Shown: positions 12,120 to 23,320, counted from the stretch's first letter. The stretch is 64,000 bases of DNA from an uncultured Actinomycetota bacterium (GCA_963794885.1 CAWCFH010000008.1:169-64168); one strand, 5' to 3'. A program made the numbers and translations. The notes: generated by a model not told the origin, from the sequence alone.

Positions 12120-13487
12120 GTGACTGATTACCAGCAGCTGTCGCTCTGGTTCGACCAGTTGCCTGCGCCGGTCGTGCCCCGGGCCGCGCTCGACGGCAAC
12201 GCGACTGTCGACGTCGCGATCGTCGGCGCCGGCTTCACCGGGCTGTGGACTGCGTACTACCTGCACGAGCTCGATCCGTCCCTGCGCGTCGCAGTGCTCG
12301 AGGCCGAGGTCGCCGGGTTCGGCGCATCCGGCCGCAACGGCGGCTGGTGTTCGGCGCTGTACCCGGTCAGCATCTCGACGCTCGCAGCGGAAGCCGGTCG
12401 TGCCGCGGCAATCGCGCAGTACACGGCGATGCGCGACACCGTCGCCGAGGTCGTCCGCGTCGCCGCCCACGAACGTATCGAGGCGGATCTCGCCGCGGGC
12501 GGGACGATCATGCTGGCCCGGTCGACCGCCCAGTTGCGGCGCGCGCAGGAGGAGGTCGCCGAGGCACGCGCGTACGGCCTCGAGCTCGACCTCCTCGACG
12601 CCGACCAGGCACGTGCCCGGCTCAACGCAACCGGTGTCCTCGGCGGCACGTTCACCGCGGACTGTGCTGCCGTGCAGCCCGCCCGGCTGGTCCGCGGCCT
12701 CGCCGAGGTCGTCGAGGCGCGCGGAGTGAGCATCTTCGAGGGCACCCGCGTCGAGCGACTCGATCCCGGTGTCGTGCACACCGTGCACGGAACGGTGCGC
12801 GCCGACGTGATCGTTCGCGCGACCGAGGGCTACACCTCGCAGCTGCCCGGCCACCGGCGCGCAACGGCGCCGGTGTATTCACTCGTGATCGCTACCGCGC
12901 CCCTTGCGTCATCGATGTGGGACGAGATCGGCCTGCGCGATCGCGAGACGTTCACCGACTTCCGCCACCTGATCATCTACGGGCAGCGCACGGCCGACGA
13001 TCGGATGGTGTTCGGCGGGCGCGGCGCGCCCTATCACCTCGGCTCGCGGATCCGCCCGGCCTACGACCGGGTACCGCGCGTCTTCGCGGCGCTCCAGCGC
13101 ACCCTCGGCGAGCTGTTCCCGGTGCTTCGCGACGTCGAGATCACCCACCGCTGGGGCGGTCCGCTCGGCATCGCGCGCGACTGGCACGCCTCGGTCGGGC
13201 TCGACCGGACGACCGGCCTGGCGTGGGCGGGCGGGTACGTCGGCGACGGCGTCTCGACGACCAACCTCGCCGGACGGACGCTGGCCGACCTCATCACCGG
13301 CCGCGACTCCGATCTGGTGCGGCTGCCGTGGGTCGGGCACCACTCGCGCAACTGGGAGCCGGAGCCGCTGCGCTGGCTGGGCGCCAATGCCGGCCTGCAA
13401 GCGATGGCCTGGGCCGACTCGGCCGAGCAACGGCGCGGCCGACCGTCCAAAATGGCGGCGCTGGTGAACGGGATGATTGGCCGATGA
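12120..13487 (+). CDS. FAD-dependent oxidoreductase (DAO family, gamma-glutamylputrescine-oxidase-like)
   Basis: 'VDVAIVGAGFTGLWTAYYL' dinucleotide fold and 'GASGRNGGW'. GTG at 12120 follows AGGAG. GTG 12114 is an alternative start. Confidence 0.8.
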   Translation: MTDYQQLSLWFDQLPAPVVPRAALDGNATVDVAIVGAGFTGLWTAYYLHELDPSLRVAVLEAEVAGFGASGRNGGWCSALYPVSISTLAAEAGRAAAIAQYTAMRDTVAEVVRVAAHERIEADLAAGGTIMLARSTAQLRRAQEEVAEARAYGLELDLLDADQARARLNATGVLGGTFTADCAAVQPARLVRGLAEVVEARGVSIFEGTRVERLDPGVVHTVHGTVRADVIVRATEGYTSQLPGHRRATAPVYSLVIATAPLASSMWDEIGLRDRETFTDFRHLIIYGQRTADDRMVFGGRGAPYHLGSRIRPAYDRVPRVFAALQRTLGELFPVLRDVEITHRWGGPLGIARDWHASVGLDRTTGLAWAGGYVGDGVSTTNLAGRTLADLITGRDSDLVRLPWVGHHSRNWEPEPLRWLGANAGLQAMAWADSAEQRRGRPSKMAALVNGMIGR

Positions 13488-13503
13488 CGCGGGGACAGTG
13501 CCG

Positions 13504-14133
13504 ATGAGCCGGACCGAGATCACCCGACTGCGCGAGAAGGGCAGTACTGACCGCGCTGCTCTCGATGCGCTGCTCGACTCGTGCATCCTCGGCCACTTCG
13601 GCCTGGCCGACGAATCCGGTCAGCCGGTGGTGATCCCGACCGCGATCGTGCGCGACGGCGATGTCGTCCTCGCGCACGGCTCGACCGGCTCGCCGTGGAT
13701 GCGCCGCCTCGCTGCCGGCGCGCCGACCTGCCTGGCGGTCACCTCGCTCGAAGGCGTGGTCGTGGCCCGGTCGGCGTTCGAGTCATCACTGCACTACCGC
13801 AGTGCCGTCCTGTTCGGCACCTGCACACCGGCCGACGATCGCGAACATGCCCTCGATGTGATCACCGAACGGCTGATCCCCGGCCGTAGCGACGAGATCC
13901 GCCGGCCGCGCAAGCAGGAACTGGCCGCCACGCTCGTCCTGGCGCTGCCGATCACGCAGTGGTCGCTGAAGATCTCGGACGGCTGGCCGGAGGATCCCGA
14001 CGACGACGTCGCCGGCGATGCATGGGCCGGCGTCGTGCCGCAGCGCCCCACCTACGGCACGCCGATCGCGGCGCCCGATCTGCGCTCCGGCATCGACGTG
14101 CCACCGTCGGTGACCCGGTTGTCGAGGTCCTGA
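13504..14133 (+). CDS. pyridoxamine 5'-phosphate oxidase-family (split beta-barrel flavin/deazaflavin) protein
   Basis: 'ALLDSCILGHFGLADESGQPVVIPTAIVRDGDVVLAHGSTGS..HYRSAVLFG'. ATG at 13504. Confidence 0.75.
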   Translation: MSRTEITRLREKGSTDRAALDALLDSCILGHFGLADESGQPVVIPTAIVRDGDVVLAHGSTGSPWMRRLAAGAPTCLAVTSLEGVVVARSAFESSLHYRSAVLFGTCTPADDREHALDVITERLIPGRSDEIRRPRKQELAATLVLALPITQWSLKISDGWPEDPDDDVAGDAWAGVVPQRPTYGTPIAAPDLRSGIDVPPSVTRLSRS

Positions 14134-14176
14134 CGGCCTGCGGCAGGTAGTACAGCGCCACCGGGCCGCGATGTGC

Positions 14177-14770
14177 CTAGACCGGCGTGGCAGCCCCGTA
14201 GCGCAACCCGTCGACGAGCAGGTCGACCAGCCGTCCGGTGCGCTCCGACCAGCCCGTCAGGTCGGTGGCCATACAGATGCCGCTCATCGCGCGGAGCAGA
14301 TCCTCCTGATCCACGTCGGTGCGGATCCGGCCGGTGGCGACCGCCGCGTCGAGCAGGCTGCCCAGCGCCTCGCGGATGCGCCGATGGCTGTAGCTGAACA
14401 ACTCGTTGTCCGGGCCGAGCGCCGACTTGAGCGCCATCGCCATACCGCGCTTGAGCGCGACGTAGTGCGCGAAGGCGCGCATCCATTTCGCGAGCGCGTC
14501 GACCGGTTCCGTTTCGCGAAGCAGCTCGCCGGCCTGGTCGCACAGCCCTTCGACCTCGCGGCGGTAGACCGCCTCGTTCAAGGCGTCGCGGGACGGGAAG
14601 TGCCGGTAGAGCGTGCCGATGCCCACACCGGCACGCCGCGCGATCTCTTCCAGCGATCCTTCCACGCCGCGCTCGGCATAGACCTCCGCGGCCGCGTTGA
14701 GCAGCGCGTCGTGGTTGCGCGCGGCGTCCTTGCGCGGAGCGCGCGCCGGCGCCGCTGCGTCTGTCACCAC
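14177..14770 (-). CDS. TetR-family transcriptional regulator
   Basis: HTH 'SLEEIARRAGVGIGTLYRHFPSRDAL'. Divergent from the MFS gene. The start is uncertain: GTG 14770 or 14767 preferred over the ORF-track 14884. Confidence 0.8.
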   Translation of the reverse strand: MVTDAAAPARAPRKDAARNHDALLNAAAEVYAERGVEGSLEEIARRAGVGIGTLYRHFPSRDALNEAVYRREVEGLCDQAGELLRETEPVDALAKWMRAFAHYVALKRGMAMALKSALGPDNELFSYSHRRIREALGSLLDAAVATGRIRTDVDQEDLLRAMSGICMATDLTGWSERTGRLVDLLVDGLRYGAATPV

Positions 14771-14893
14771 GTCTCCAGGGTCTGGGCTGAGAAATAGGTC
14801 CGGAAAACAACTTGCGGATCCGGAGGCATCCTCCGTATTGTTCTTACCGGAGGATCCATCCGTTTCACCGATGTTACTACTCAAATCGAGGTT

Positions 14894-16390
14894 TTGCTCG
14901 TGTCTCTCCCGCTTCCACGACGTGTGACCCGCACCGGTCTCGTCCTGGCGCTGATCCTCACCAGTCAGCTGATGGTCGTTCTCGACGGGACGATCGTGAA
15001 CATCGCCCTACACGACATCAAGGCCGATCTCGGCTTCTCCCCGGAGAGCCTGTCCTGGGTCGTCAACGCCTACACCCTTACCTTCGGCGGGCTGCTCCTG
15101 CTCGGCGCCCGTGCCGGCGACATCCTCGGCCGTCGCCGGGTCTTCCTGGCCGGTATCGCGCTGTTCACCCTGGCGTCCTTTGCCGGCGGTTTCGCCCAGA
15201 ACCCGGGCGAGTTGCTCGCTGCTCGGGCCATTCAGGGCATCGGCGGCGCGCTCGCCTCGCCATCGGCGCTCGCGCTGCTCATGGTGATGTTCTCGCAGGG
15301 CCGCGAGCGCACCCGGGCCATCGGTCTCTACACCGCAGTGTCCATCGGCGGCGCCGCTGTCGGCCTGATCGCCGGCGGCATGCTCTCCGAGTGGGCGTCC
15401 TGGCGCTGGGTCCTGTTCGTCAACGTCCCGATCGGTGCCGTCCTGCTCGCTGCCGCGCGCATCCTGCCCGAGACCGACCGCCAGCACGGCCGCTTCGACC
15501 TGGCCGGCGCGCTCACCTCGACCATCGGCATGACCGCCCTGGTCTACGGCTTCGTCCACGCGGCATCCGACGGGTGGGCCAACGCCGAGACGATCGGCTC
15601 GTTCGCGCTCGGGCTGGTGTTGCTGGCCGCGTTCGTCCTGACCGAGTTGCGTGCACCGTCGCCGATCACCCCGCTGCGGATGTTCGCCGACCGGAACCGG
15701 TCCAGCTCGTACGTCGCCCGGCTGCTGCTGGTCGCCGGGATGATGGGGATGTTCTTCTTCCTCACCCAGTTCCTGCGGTCGGTGCTGGGCTACAGCGACC
15801 TGGTCACCGGCTTCGCGTTCCTGCCGCTCACCGCGATCGTGTTCGCGGCCTCCCAACTGAGCGCGCGCGTGCTCGTCGACCGCATCGGCGCCCACCGGTT
15901 GATGATCATCGGCATCACCTTCTCCACGCTGGGCATGTTGTGGCTGACCCGGCTCGGCGAGTCGAGCGGTTACTTCGACCTGGTCGGACCGTTGGTGATC
16001 TTCGGTCTCGGCAACGGCCTGGCGTTCGTGCCGCTGACCACGACCGCGCTGGACGGCGTGGCCCCGGCCGATGCCGGTGCGGCGTCCGGTCTGGTCAACG
16101 TGATGCAGCAGCTCGGCGGCTCGCTCGGTCTGGCCGTGCTGGTCACCGTGTTCGGCTCGGCAACCAAGAGCGCGGCGGCCGACGTCGACCCGCGGCTGTC
16201 CCCCGCCGAAGCCGCCCGGCACGTGTTCGTGGTGGCAGCGGACAAGTCGTTCTGGGTAGCGACTGCGTTCCTGGTCGGCACCTGGCTGCTCGTCACCTTC
16301 GCGATCCGGCCCAGCAAGCCCGAGCCGATCGTGGTGGTGCCCGATGACGCGTCGGCGCTCGAGCCGGCCTACGAGTCGGGGATCGCCTAA
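14894..16390 (+). CDS. MFS transporter, DHA2 (EmrB/QacA, 14-TMS) type
   Basis: 498 aa. 'LDGTIVNIALHDI', 'GARAGDILGRRRVFLAG'. Start is TTG 14894 or GTG 14900. Confidence 0.85.
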   Translation: MLVSLPLPRRVTRTGLVLALILTSQLMVVLDGTIVNIALHDIKADLGFSPESLSWVVNAYTLTFGGLLLLGARAGDILGRRRVFLAGIALFTLASFAGGFAQNPGELLAARAIQGIGGALASPSALALLMVMFSQGRERTRAIGLYTAVSIGGAAVGLIAGGMLSEWASWRWVLFVNVPIGAVLLAAARILPETDRQHGRFDLAGALTSTIGMTALVYGFVHAASDGWANAETIGSFALGLVLLAAFVLTELRAPSPITPLRMFADRNRSSSYVARLLLVAGMMGMFFFLTQFLRSVLGYSDLVTGFAFLPLTAIVFAASQLSARVLVDRIGAHRLMIIGITFSTLGMLWLTRLGESSGYFDLVGPLVIFGLGNGLAFVPLTTTALDGVAPADAGAASGLVNVMQQLGGSLGLAVLVTVFGSATKSAAADVDPRLSPAEAARHVFVVAADKSFWVATAFLVGTWLLVTFAIRPSKPEPIVVVPDDASALEPAYESGIA

Positions 16391-16398
16391 CCGCATCT

Positions 16399-16459
16399 GA
16401 TCGGGCGATCGTCCTGGCTGCTTCATCATGAGGCGCGGTACTAGGACGATCGCCCGATC
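16399..16459. terminator. long stem-loop downstream of the MFS gene
   Basis: Perfect 17-bp arms 'gatcgggcgatcgtcct' (16399-16415) and 'aggacgatcgcccgatc' (16443-16459). Confidence 0.5.
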
Positions 16460-16523
16460 GACGCTAGAACTACGAGTGAACCAACCTGAACTCCATCACC
16501 CACCCAGACATTGGAGTTCAGTC

Positions 16524-16936
16524 ATGACGATTCGTCGAAGCACCCGCAACACCATCGCCACCTCGCTCGCCCTGGGCATGCTCGGCTCGGGACTCGTGCT
16601 CGCACCGGCCGCGTTCGCCCACAGCGGCGGCGGAGGCGTCCGCGACCACGGCAGCTGCTCCGCGCACGGGTCATGGAAGTTGAAGGCGAAGGCGGACAAC
16701 GGCCTGCTCGAGGTCGAGGGCGAGGTCGACGTCAACCGGGCCGGCCAGCATTGGAACTGGACCATCAAGCGCAACGGCCAGGCAGTGCGCTCCGGCTCGG
16801 CCACGACACAGGCCCCGAGCGGGTCGTTCAGCGTCAACCGGACACTGACCAACAGCGCCGGCACCGACCGCATCACGTTCCGCGCGGTGAACCCGGCTCG
16901 ACGGGCAACTCCTGCCGAGGCTCGGTCACCGCCTGA
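16524..16936 (+). pseudogene. small secreted protein of unknown function with a Cys pair; one frame break near the 3' end
   Basis: GGAG RBS, then ATG at 16524. Signal peptide 'TIATSLALGMLGSGLVLAPAAFA'. 'CSAHGSWKLKAKADNGLLEVEGEVDVNRAGQHWNW..'. The tail '..STGNSCRGSVTA*' is in the frame of ORF 16511-16936, with a switch near 16900. Confidence 0.6.
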
Positions 16937-16945
16937 CGCGTCTGC

Positions 16946-18938
16946 CTACAGCAACGCCGACGGCGTCCACTGCCTGCCGAGGACGTGCTGCGCACAGAAC
17001 CCCAGCAGCGCGTCGTACCAGATCTCGGCGTTGGCCGGCGAGAGCACCCAGTGGTTCTCGCCGGTCAGCTGCAGGAAACGGTGCGGCATGGTCTCCGCCT
17101 CGCCGTCCCATCCGCTGACCAGGTCCCACCACAGCCGCAGCGCCTCGCTCACCGGCACCCGGTAGTCGCGGCTGCCGTGGATGACGAGCATCGGGGTCTC
17201 GCCGACCGCGCCGTTGTGCGGCGAATTGGCCGCGTACCACTGCGGGTGTTCGGCCGGCTCACCGAAGATCCCGGTCTTGTACTGCGCGGCGTCGGTCGTC
17301 TTGTGTTGCTGGTCGAGCGCGTACAGCCCGGCGTGCGTGACGATGGCCTGGAACCGATCGACGTGCCCGGCCACCCAGTTCGTCATATAGCCGCCGAATG
17401 ACGCGCCGAGACAGGCCACCTTCGTCGGGTCGACATCGGGCATCTCGAGCACCGCGTCGAGCACCGCCTCGCAATCGGCGAAGACATCGGCGGCGACGTA
17501 TGGCCAGGCCCGGCCGAGCCAGCCCGGCCCGTACCCGGTCGAGAGGGCGGGATCGGGCAGCACGACGGCCCAGCCGTGCGCCACGGCGACCCACGGGTTC
17601 CATCGCCAGCTCCACGCGTTCCACGAGCCGAACGGTCCGCCGTGGATCCACAGCATCACCGGTGCCGGCTGGTCCGATGCCGGCGGCAGGCACAGCCACC
17701 CGTGCACGCTCTGGCCGTCGGCGGCGGTTGCGCTCAGCTCGACAAGGTCGCCCGGCAACTCGGGCATCGGTGCCGGCGGCGCCAGCGCGACCGGCACCTG
17801 CCGGTCGGCGCCCGGATCGAGTCGGACGGGGTGCGGGGGCGCATCGATGGTCGAGCGCAGCGCGTAGAGCGCCGAGCCGTCCGGCGCCGCGCAGAGGCTC
17901 GAGTACACCGCGTCGTCGGCAATCGTGCGCTCGACGAATCCGGTCGCTGGGTCGACCGCGAGCACGCCGCCGCGGCCGTGCAGGTCACCGCTCACGAACA
18001 GCGTCGCCGAGTCCGCCGCCCACACCCATTCGGTCGGGTACAGATCGCCCAACTCGACCTGCACGGGTTCGCCCTCGGCCGCCGGAACGATCAGCAACGC
18101 GTCCGCGATCGGCCGCTCGAACGATCCGTCGCGCTGTTGCTCCAATGCAACCAGCGTGCCGTCCGGCGAGATCACCGGACCGCCGTACTGACAGCCGTCC
18201 GCGGCCATCAGCACCGTCCGCTTGCCACTGGGCACGTCGATGACCGACACCGCGTACGGACACTTGCCGTGCGGACGGCGCGGCCGCCAGCTGGTGGCGA
18301 CGGTGCTGCCGTCAGCACTGATCGAGTAGCCGGCTTCGAGCAGTTCGGTGGTGGCGTCCGGCGCGAGGTCGCGGACCTCGGCTTCCTGGTCGAGCAGGAG
18401 CAGCCGCGCCGACTCGTCGCCGAGTTCGTGGTCCCAGTACCGGATCGGCATGCCCGGTGTGCAGGATCGCGCTGATCTTGCGGTCCTTGCGGGTGCCGCG
18501 TCGCTCGGCGTCATCGTCGTCACTCGAGTAGGTGAGGCGGCTGCCGGTGAGCACGACCTCGCCCGTTTCGGCGGCGACGACCGGTGCGCCGAGCCCGCCG
18601 GGACGCCGGCTGAGCACGTAGGGCTCCCCCGCCGGCGGCAGGCACCACAGCGCGCCGTCGTTCTCGTCCTCGCTCGACCCGGCCACGTCGGGGCGCGACG
18701 ACACGAACAGCAGCGAGCCGTCGGGGCGGAACGCCGGAGCCGTCTCGCCCTTGTCTGAGTGGGTGAGCCGTCTCGGCGCGCCACCGTCGAGGTCGACGTC
18801 CCACAGCGAGGAGGTGTACCGGGAGCCCTTGGCGTCGGGCTGCTGCAGCACGGCGACCAACCGCGATCCGTCGTGGCTGAGGGTCAGGCCGGTGAGGCGG
18901 GGCAGGGCGGTGAAGGCAGCAAGATCATCGAAGGTCAC
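16946..18938 (-). pseudogene. S9-family serine peptidase (prolyl oligopeptidase / acylaminoacyl peptidase type); one frame break
   Basis: N-terminal beta-propeller part in ORF 18312-19511 ('[27 protein letters not shown]..'). Catalytic domain in 16946-18784 ('GASFGGYM', 'VIHGSRDYRV'). They join near 18450. The GTG start overlaps the upstream stop (GTGA). Confidence 0.8.
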
Positions 18939-21076
18939 GCATTCGACCGTACTGCTGCACGAGCACCGAGTTGGCGGCGAAGCTCGCTGACCAGGGTGTC
19001 GACTGCGTTGGCCAGCCGGTCGGAGGCGTCGGCGAACGCACCGGCCGTCTCGACGCCACCGACCCGTTCCGGATGTGCGGTCAGGAAGGCGTGCAGCTCC
19101 TCCTGGGCGGCGCGCAGGGATGGCGCGCCGTGAGGGGCCGACGAGGTGCGCACGGCCTGCTCGCACGCGTGCAGCGCGAGGCCGGCCTGGTGCAACAGCG
19201 CGTCGAGTTCGGGAGCGCCACCCGCCTCCTGGAGGGCGGCGCGCAGGCTGTCGACGGTCATCAGCGCGTGCACGACGCGATGAGAGTTGGCCAGCACCGC
19301 CTCGCCGAGTTCGACAGCGGACCGCCCCGTCACCGGCTCGGCCCGGGCCCGATCCACCGACGCCTGCGCGTTGCTGCGCGCCAACCGGGCGCCGGCCCGC
19401 GCCCGCTGCCGCTCGTCCAGCGTCGACCGTGGATCGGCCAGCGCCGCGAGATAGGCGCGGTACGCCCCGAGCAGGTCGGCCAGCCGGGCTGGGACGAGCG
19501 TGCGCTCCCACAGCGGGAAGAACAGCGTCGCCACCAGGGCGAGCGCGCCACCGATGGCGGTGTCGGATGACCGCGCAACCAGCGTCGTGTGCGCCGGCAC
19601 CCCACTCACCGTCAACAGCACGACGACCAGCCCGCTGAGCGAGATCGCGGTCAGGCCGAGGTTGCCCGGACCGGCGAACCGGACGCCGAAGTAGAACACC
19701 CCGATCAGCGCGACGTAATACCAGTCGCCACCCGGGATCCAGTGCAGCAACTCGGTGGCCACCAGCAGGCCGATCACCGTCCCCACCACGCGCATGACTG
19801 CGCGCTGGAACGTCGAGGCGAAGTCCGGGCGCAGCACCACCAGCACGGTGAGCGGCACCCAGTACCCGCGGCCGTAACCGGCGAGCCGGACGACCAGGTC
19901 CGAACCGGCGACCAGCACCGCAGTGCGGGCCGCGTGCCGCAGGATCGCCGAGTCGGGAGTCAGGTTCGCGCGAAGCGTCGCGATCGGATCGCGCAGGTGC
20001 AGGCCGGAGATGAGGTCGCGCACTTCCGGACGGCCGCCCTCGCTCGCCCCGGGTGTCGAGGTCTCGATGACAGCGCGCAGCTGTCCGGCAAGCTTGCGCA
20101 GCCGGGCTGCGGTGGCGCGGCGGGTCAGCTCGCCGCGGGACGGCCCGGGCGCCTCGAGCCGCTCGCTGGCGGTGCGGACGCTCTTGCGCGCCGGCGCGAG
20201 CGTGACGTGTTCGATCGGCCGGCCCTCGGCCAGCGCGTCGGCGACGTGATCGAGGACGTCACCGGCGGCGACCAGCGCAGCGCGGACGAGCCCGGCGCTG
20301 ACCGGGTCACCGTCGTCGGTGAGCCGCTCGACCAGGGCCGCCAGCACGATCACCTCGCGGCGGATCCGCTCGGCCTCGTCGAGCAGCACGCGATAGGCCT
20401 CGACGCTCGGCCCGTAGTCATGACCGAGCCCGTACAAGGTCTGCCGCACCGTATCGATCGCCGGCCCGGCCTGCGGGCCGGTTTGCGGGCCCTGTGGCCG
20501 GCGAGCCATGCCGGCAAGTTCGCGGTAGAGCCCGGCCAGCGCGAGTCGCTCGGGCAGGTGGCGCCGCAACGGCCAGGCAGCCACCGCCAGCAGCGCCTGC
20601 CCGGCGCCGCCGGCGAACACGAGCAGCGCGATGTGAAATGCGTTGCCCGGCGGCTGCGCGATATGGCCAATGATCAGCGCAGCGGCCACCGAAGCGGTGC
20701 CGACCTGCGTCGCGGCCGGGCCGGCGGTGAGCAGTAGCCCGGCGCAGAAGGCCAGGACGAGGATCAGCGCCGCCGATCCGAGGTTGCTCGTCGAAGCCAG
20801 CACGGCCAGCCCGCTCGTGGTCGCCGCCGCGAGCGCCGTGCCGAGCATGCGCAGCACGCGCAGCCGGTACGGCCCTGGTCGGTCGGCGAAGCCGGTCTGC
20901 AACGCGCCGATGGTCGACGGCAGCCCGGCCGAAGGCACGCCCGCAGCGATGGCGATAGCCAGCGGCGCGGCCACGCCGACCGCGTTTCGCAACGACACCA
21001 CCGGGTCGGACTGGGTGCGATCCAGCCGCGCTGCGTCACGCAGCAGGCCGACCAGCTGCCCTCCGGCCCCGCGCAT
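18935..21076 (-). CDS. FUSC/ArAE-family (YccS-like) integral membrane protein
   Basis: 713 aa from ATG 21076. Two hydrophobic blocks are separated by long helical regions. The ORF-track 942-aa ORF is this gene fused to out-of-frame rlmN sequence. Confidence 0.7.
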   Translation of the reverse strand: MRGAGGQLVGLLRDAARLDRTQSDPVVSLRNAVGVAAPLAIAIAAGVPSAGLPSTIGALQTGFADRPGPYRLRVLRMLGTALAAATTSGLAVLASTSNLGSAALILVLAFCAGLLLTAGPAATQVGTASVAAALIIGHIAQPPGNAFHIALLVFAGGAGQALLAVAAWPLRRHLPERLALAGLYRELAGMARRPQGPQTGPQAGPAIDTVRQTLYGLGHDYGPSVEAYRVLLDEAERIRREVIVLAALVERLTDDGDPVSAGLVRAALVAAGDVLDHVADALAEGRPIEHVTLAPARKSVRTASERLEAPGPSRGELTRRATAARLRKLAGQLRAVIETSTPGASEGGRPEVRDLISGLHLRDPIATLRANLTPDSAILRHAARTAVLVAGSDLVVRLAGYGRGYWVPLTVLVVLRPDFASTFQRAVMRVVGTVIGLLVATELLHWIPGGDWYYVALIGVFYFGVRFAGPGNLGLTAISLSGLVVVLLTVSGVPAHTTLVARSSDTAIGGALALVATLFFPLWERTLVPARLADLLGAYRAYLAALADPRSTLDERQRARAGARLARSNAQASVDRARAEPVTGRSAVELGEAVLANSHRVVHALMTVDSLRAALQEAGGAPELDALLHQAGLALHACEQAVRTSSAPHGAPSLRAAQEELHAFLTAHPERVGGVETAGAFADASDRLANAVDTLVSELRRQLGARAAVRSNA

Positions 21077-21078
21077 GC

Positions 21079-22178
21079 TTATTCGGCTGCGGCCAGCTGC
21101 CCGCAGGCACCGTCTATCTCGCGACCGCGCGTGTCCCGGACGGTGACTGCGACGCCGCGCGCGGCCAGACGGCGAACGAATTCGCGCTCGACCGGTTTGG
21201 GCGAGGCGTCCCACTGCGGAACCCGGGGTCGGGTTGAGCGGGATGAGATTGACGTGGGCAAGGCGTGGCGCCAGCAGGTCGCCGAGCAGGTCGGCCCGCC
21301 ACGGCTGGTCGTTGACGTCGCGGATCATGGCGTACTCGATCGAGTAGCGGCGGCCGGTGCGCGCGGCGTACGCGTCGGCGGCGGCGAGCACCTCGGCGAC
21401 CTTCCATCGGGTGTTCACCGGAACGAGCGTGTCACGCAGTTCGTCGTCGGGTGCGTGCAGCGACACGGCGAGGGTGAGGTTGAGCCCTTCGTCGGCGAGC
21501 CGGCCGATTGCCGGCACCAGGCCCACAGTCGAGACCGTGATCGCGCGTTGGCTCAACCCCAGACCGTCGGGGGCCTTGTCGGTGAGCCGGTGCAGCGCGG
21601 CGGCCAACCGGGGGTAGTTGGCCAGCGGCTCGCCCATCCCCATGAAGACGACGTTCGAGAGCCGTCCGAGACCCGCCGGGCAGCTCGCCGCGCGCGGCCA
21701 CGCGCGCAGCAGCGAAGACCTGCTCGACGATCTCGGCGGTCGACAGGTTGCGGGTGAGGCCACCCTGTCCGGTGGCGCAGAACGGGCAGGCCATCCCGCA
21801 GCCGGCCTGGCTGGACACGCAGACCGTGATCCGGTCGGGATAGCGCATCAGCACGCTCTCGACCAGCGCGCCGTCGTGCAGTCGCCACAGCGTCTTTCGG
21901 GTCGTCCCGGCATCGGTCTGCAGCGAGCGGACCTCGGTGAGCAGCGCAGGCAGCAAGGCCGGCCCGATCTGCGCGCGCACGGCCGGAGGCAGGTCGGTCA
22001 TGGCCGACGGATCGTTCTCCAGCCGGGCGAAGTAGTGCCGGCTGAGCTGGTCGGCGCGAAACGCCGGCAAGCCGAGTTCGACGACCGCGGCCCGGCGCGC
22101 GGCCGCGTCGAGGTCGGCGAGATGGGTCGGCGGCTTGGCGCGGCGGGGCGGTTCGAAGACGAGCGGGAGCGAGGTCAT
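21079..22178 (-). pseudogene. rlmN: 23S rRNA/tRNA adenine-C2 methyltransferase RlmN (radical SAM); two frame breaks as given
   Basis: '[21 protein letters not shown]', '[13 protein letters not shown]', '[10 protein letters not shown]', '[12 protein letters not shown]', tail '[22 protein letters not shown]'. Switches near 21655 and 21225. Confidence 0.88.
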
Positions 22179-22224
22179 GACCGCTCGATTCTCCCAGACT
22201 CGGCGGCCGGCCCGGGACCGCTGC

Positions 22225-22752
22225 TCAGCCGCCTCGTGCCTGGCGGGCGGCCTCGATCTCGGCCATCTCGGCGTCGGTCATCGCGAAGCCGACCAGCCAC
22301 GTCGCGTCGATGCGGTAATAGGTGATGGTTCCCCACTCCTCGGGGTCGCTGCCGTAGGTGGCGGCGAAGTGGTTGCGGAGCATCTCGCTGTCGGCACCGG
22401 CGAGGTGGGCCACCGCGCCGTGGCAGAACACGCCGAACCCGTCGCGCGGGGTGAACGAGGCGCTGATCGCCGGGCGGGCGCGCAACTGGCGGGCTTTCGG
22501 CGAGTCGGCCGCGGTGGTGAAGTACCACTGGCCGTGCAGGAAGTGCCCGTCGACGGCCGAGACCCGGGGTTCGCCGGACTTGGTGACGGTGGCGATGTTG
22601 AGCACCGCCGGGATCGGCAGTTCGGCGACCAGCCGGTCGGCGGTCAACCGCCGCTCCGGCGTCATGATCGACTTCAGGTGCTCGGACGCGCTTTCGAAGC
22701 TCCGGTCGAGCAGGTGCTGCAGGCCCTGCAATTCGTCGCTGGTCTCGTGCAT
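22225..22752 (-). CDS. pyridoxamine 5'-phosphate oxidase-like (possibly F420/FMN-binding) protein
   Basis: 175 aa. '[45 protein letters not shown]'. Confidence 0.7.
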   Translation of the reverse strand: MHETSDELQGLQHLLDRSFESASEHLKSIMTPERRLTADRLVAELPIPAVLNIATVTKSGEPRVSAVDGHFLHGQWYFTTAADSPKARQLRARPAISASFTPRDGFGVFCHGAVAHLAGADSEMLRNHFAATYGSDPEEWGTITYYRIDATWLVGFAMTDAEMAEIEAARQARGG

Positions 22753-22770
22753 GCGACGAGGTTCCCACCC

Positions 22771-23320
22771 CTATCCGACACCGCTGACGATGAGGTCGAC
22801 ACGAGACAGCGGGTCCTCACGGGCGACGTAGGCCTCCTCCTCGGGCAGCCACACGTCGTGCCACATCGGCAGCATCGCCGCGCCGTCGCGTACCAGGGCA
22901 CGGTCAAGCCGCACGTTCTCCGGCGTGTCGACCCAGATCGTGAGATCCCACGGCGCGGCCACCTCGGCACGTGTCGAGGACACGCCGTCCAGGATCACCA
23001 GCCGGTCGAGTCGGCACGTCGTGCCACTCGGCGCCTTCATCACGGTCCCACTCCCAGCGCTGGTAGCGGCCGGCTCGTCCGGCGAGCAGCGGCAGCAGCA
23101 CCTGGGCCCGGAATCGGTTGAAGTCCCACTCCGGCACGCTCGGCGAGGAGAAGTCATCGGCATGCACGACGACCGCGCCCGGGACCAACGCCGCGGCGTC
23201 TGCCGCGAGGGTCGTCTTGCCCGCGCCGCCGTAGCCGTCGATGCCGACCAGGACGGTGCGATCTCGCGGCAGGGCGGCAACCTCGGCCAGCGCTTCGGCG
23301 CGGGACACCCGGCGTGGCAT
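22771..23320 (-). pseudogene. P-loop nucleoside/nucleotide kinase-like protein (uridine-kinase fold); one frame break
   Basis: Walker A 'GIDGYGGAGKTTLA'. Pieces 22904-23368 and 22771-23280 join near 23040. The ATG at 23320 overlaps the cdsA stop (ATGA). Confidence 0.6.

Noticed and set aside
18935-21763. Apparent single 942-aa ORF.
   Set aside because: It is a chimera. The part upstream of the ATG at 21076 is the middle of rlmN ('[23 protein letters not shown]') read through because of rlmN frame breaks. The real FUSC-like gene is 18935-21076.
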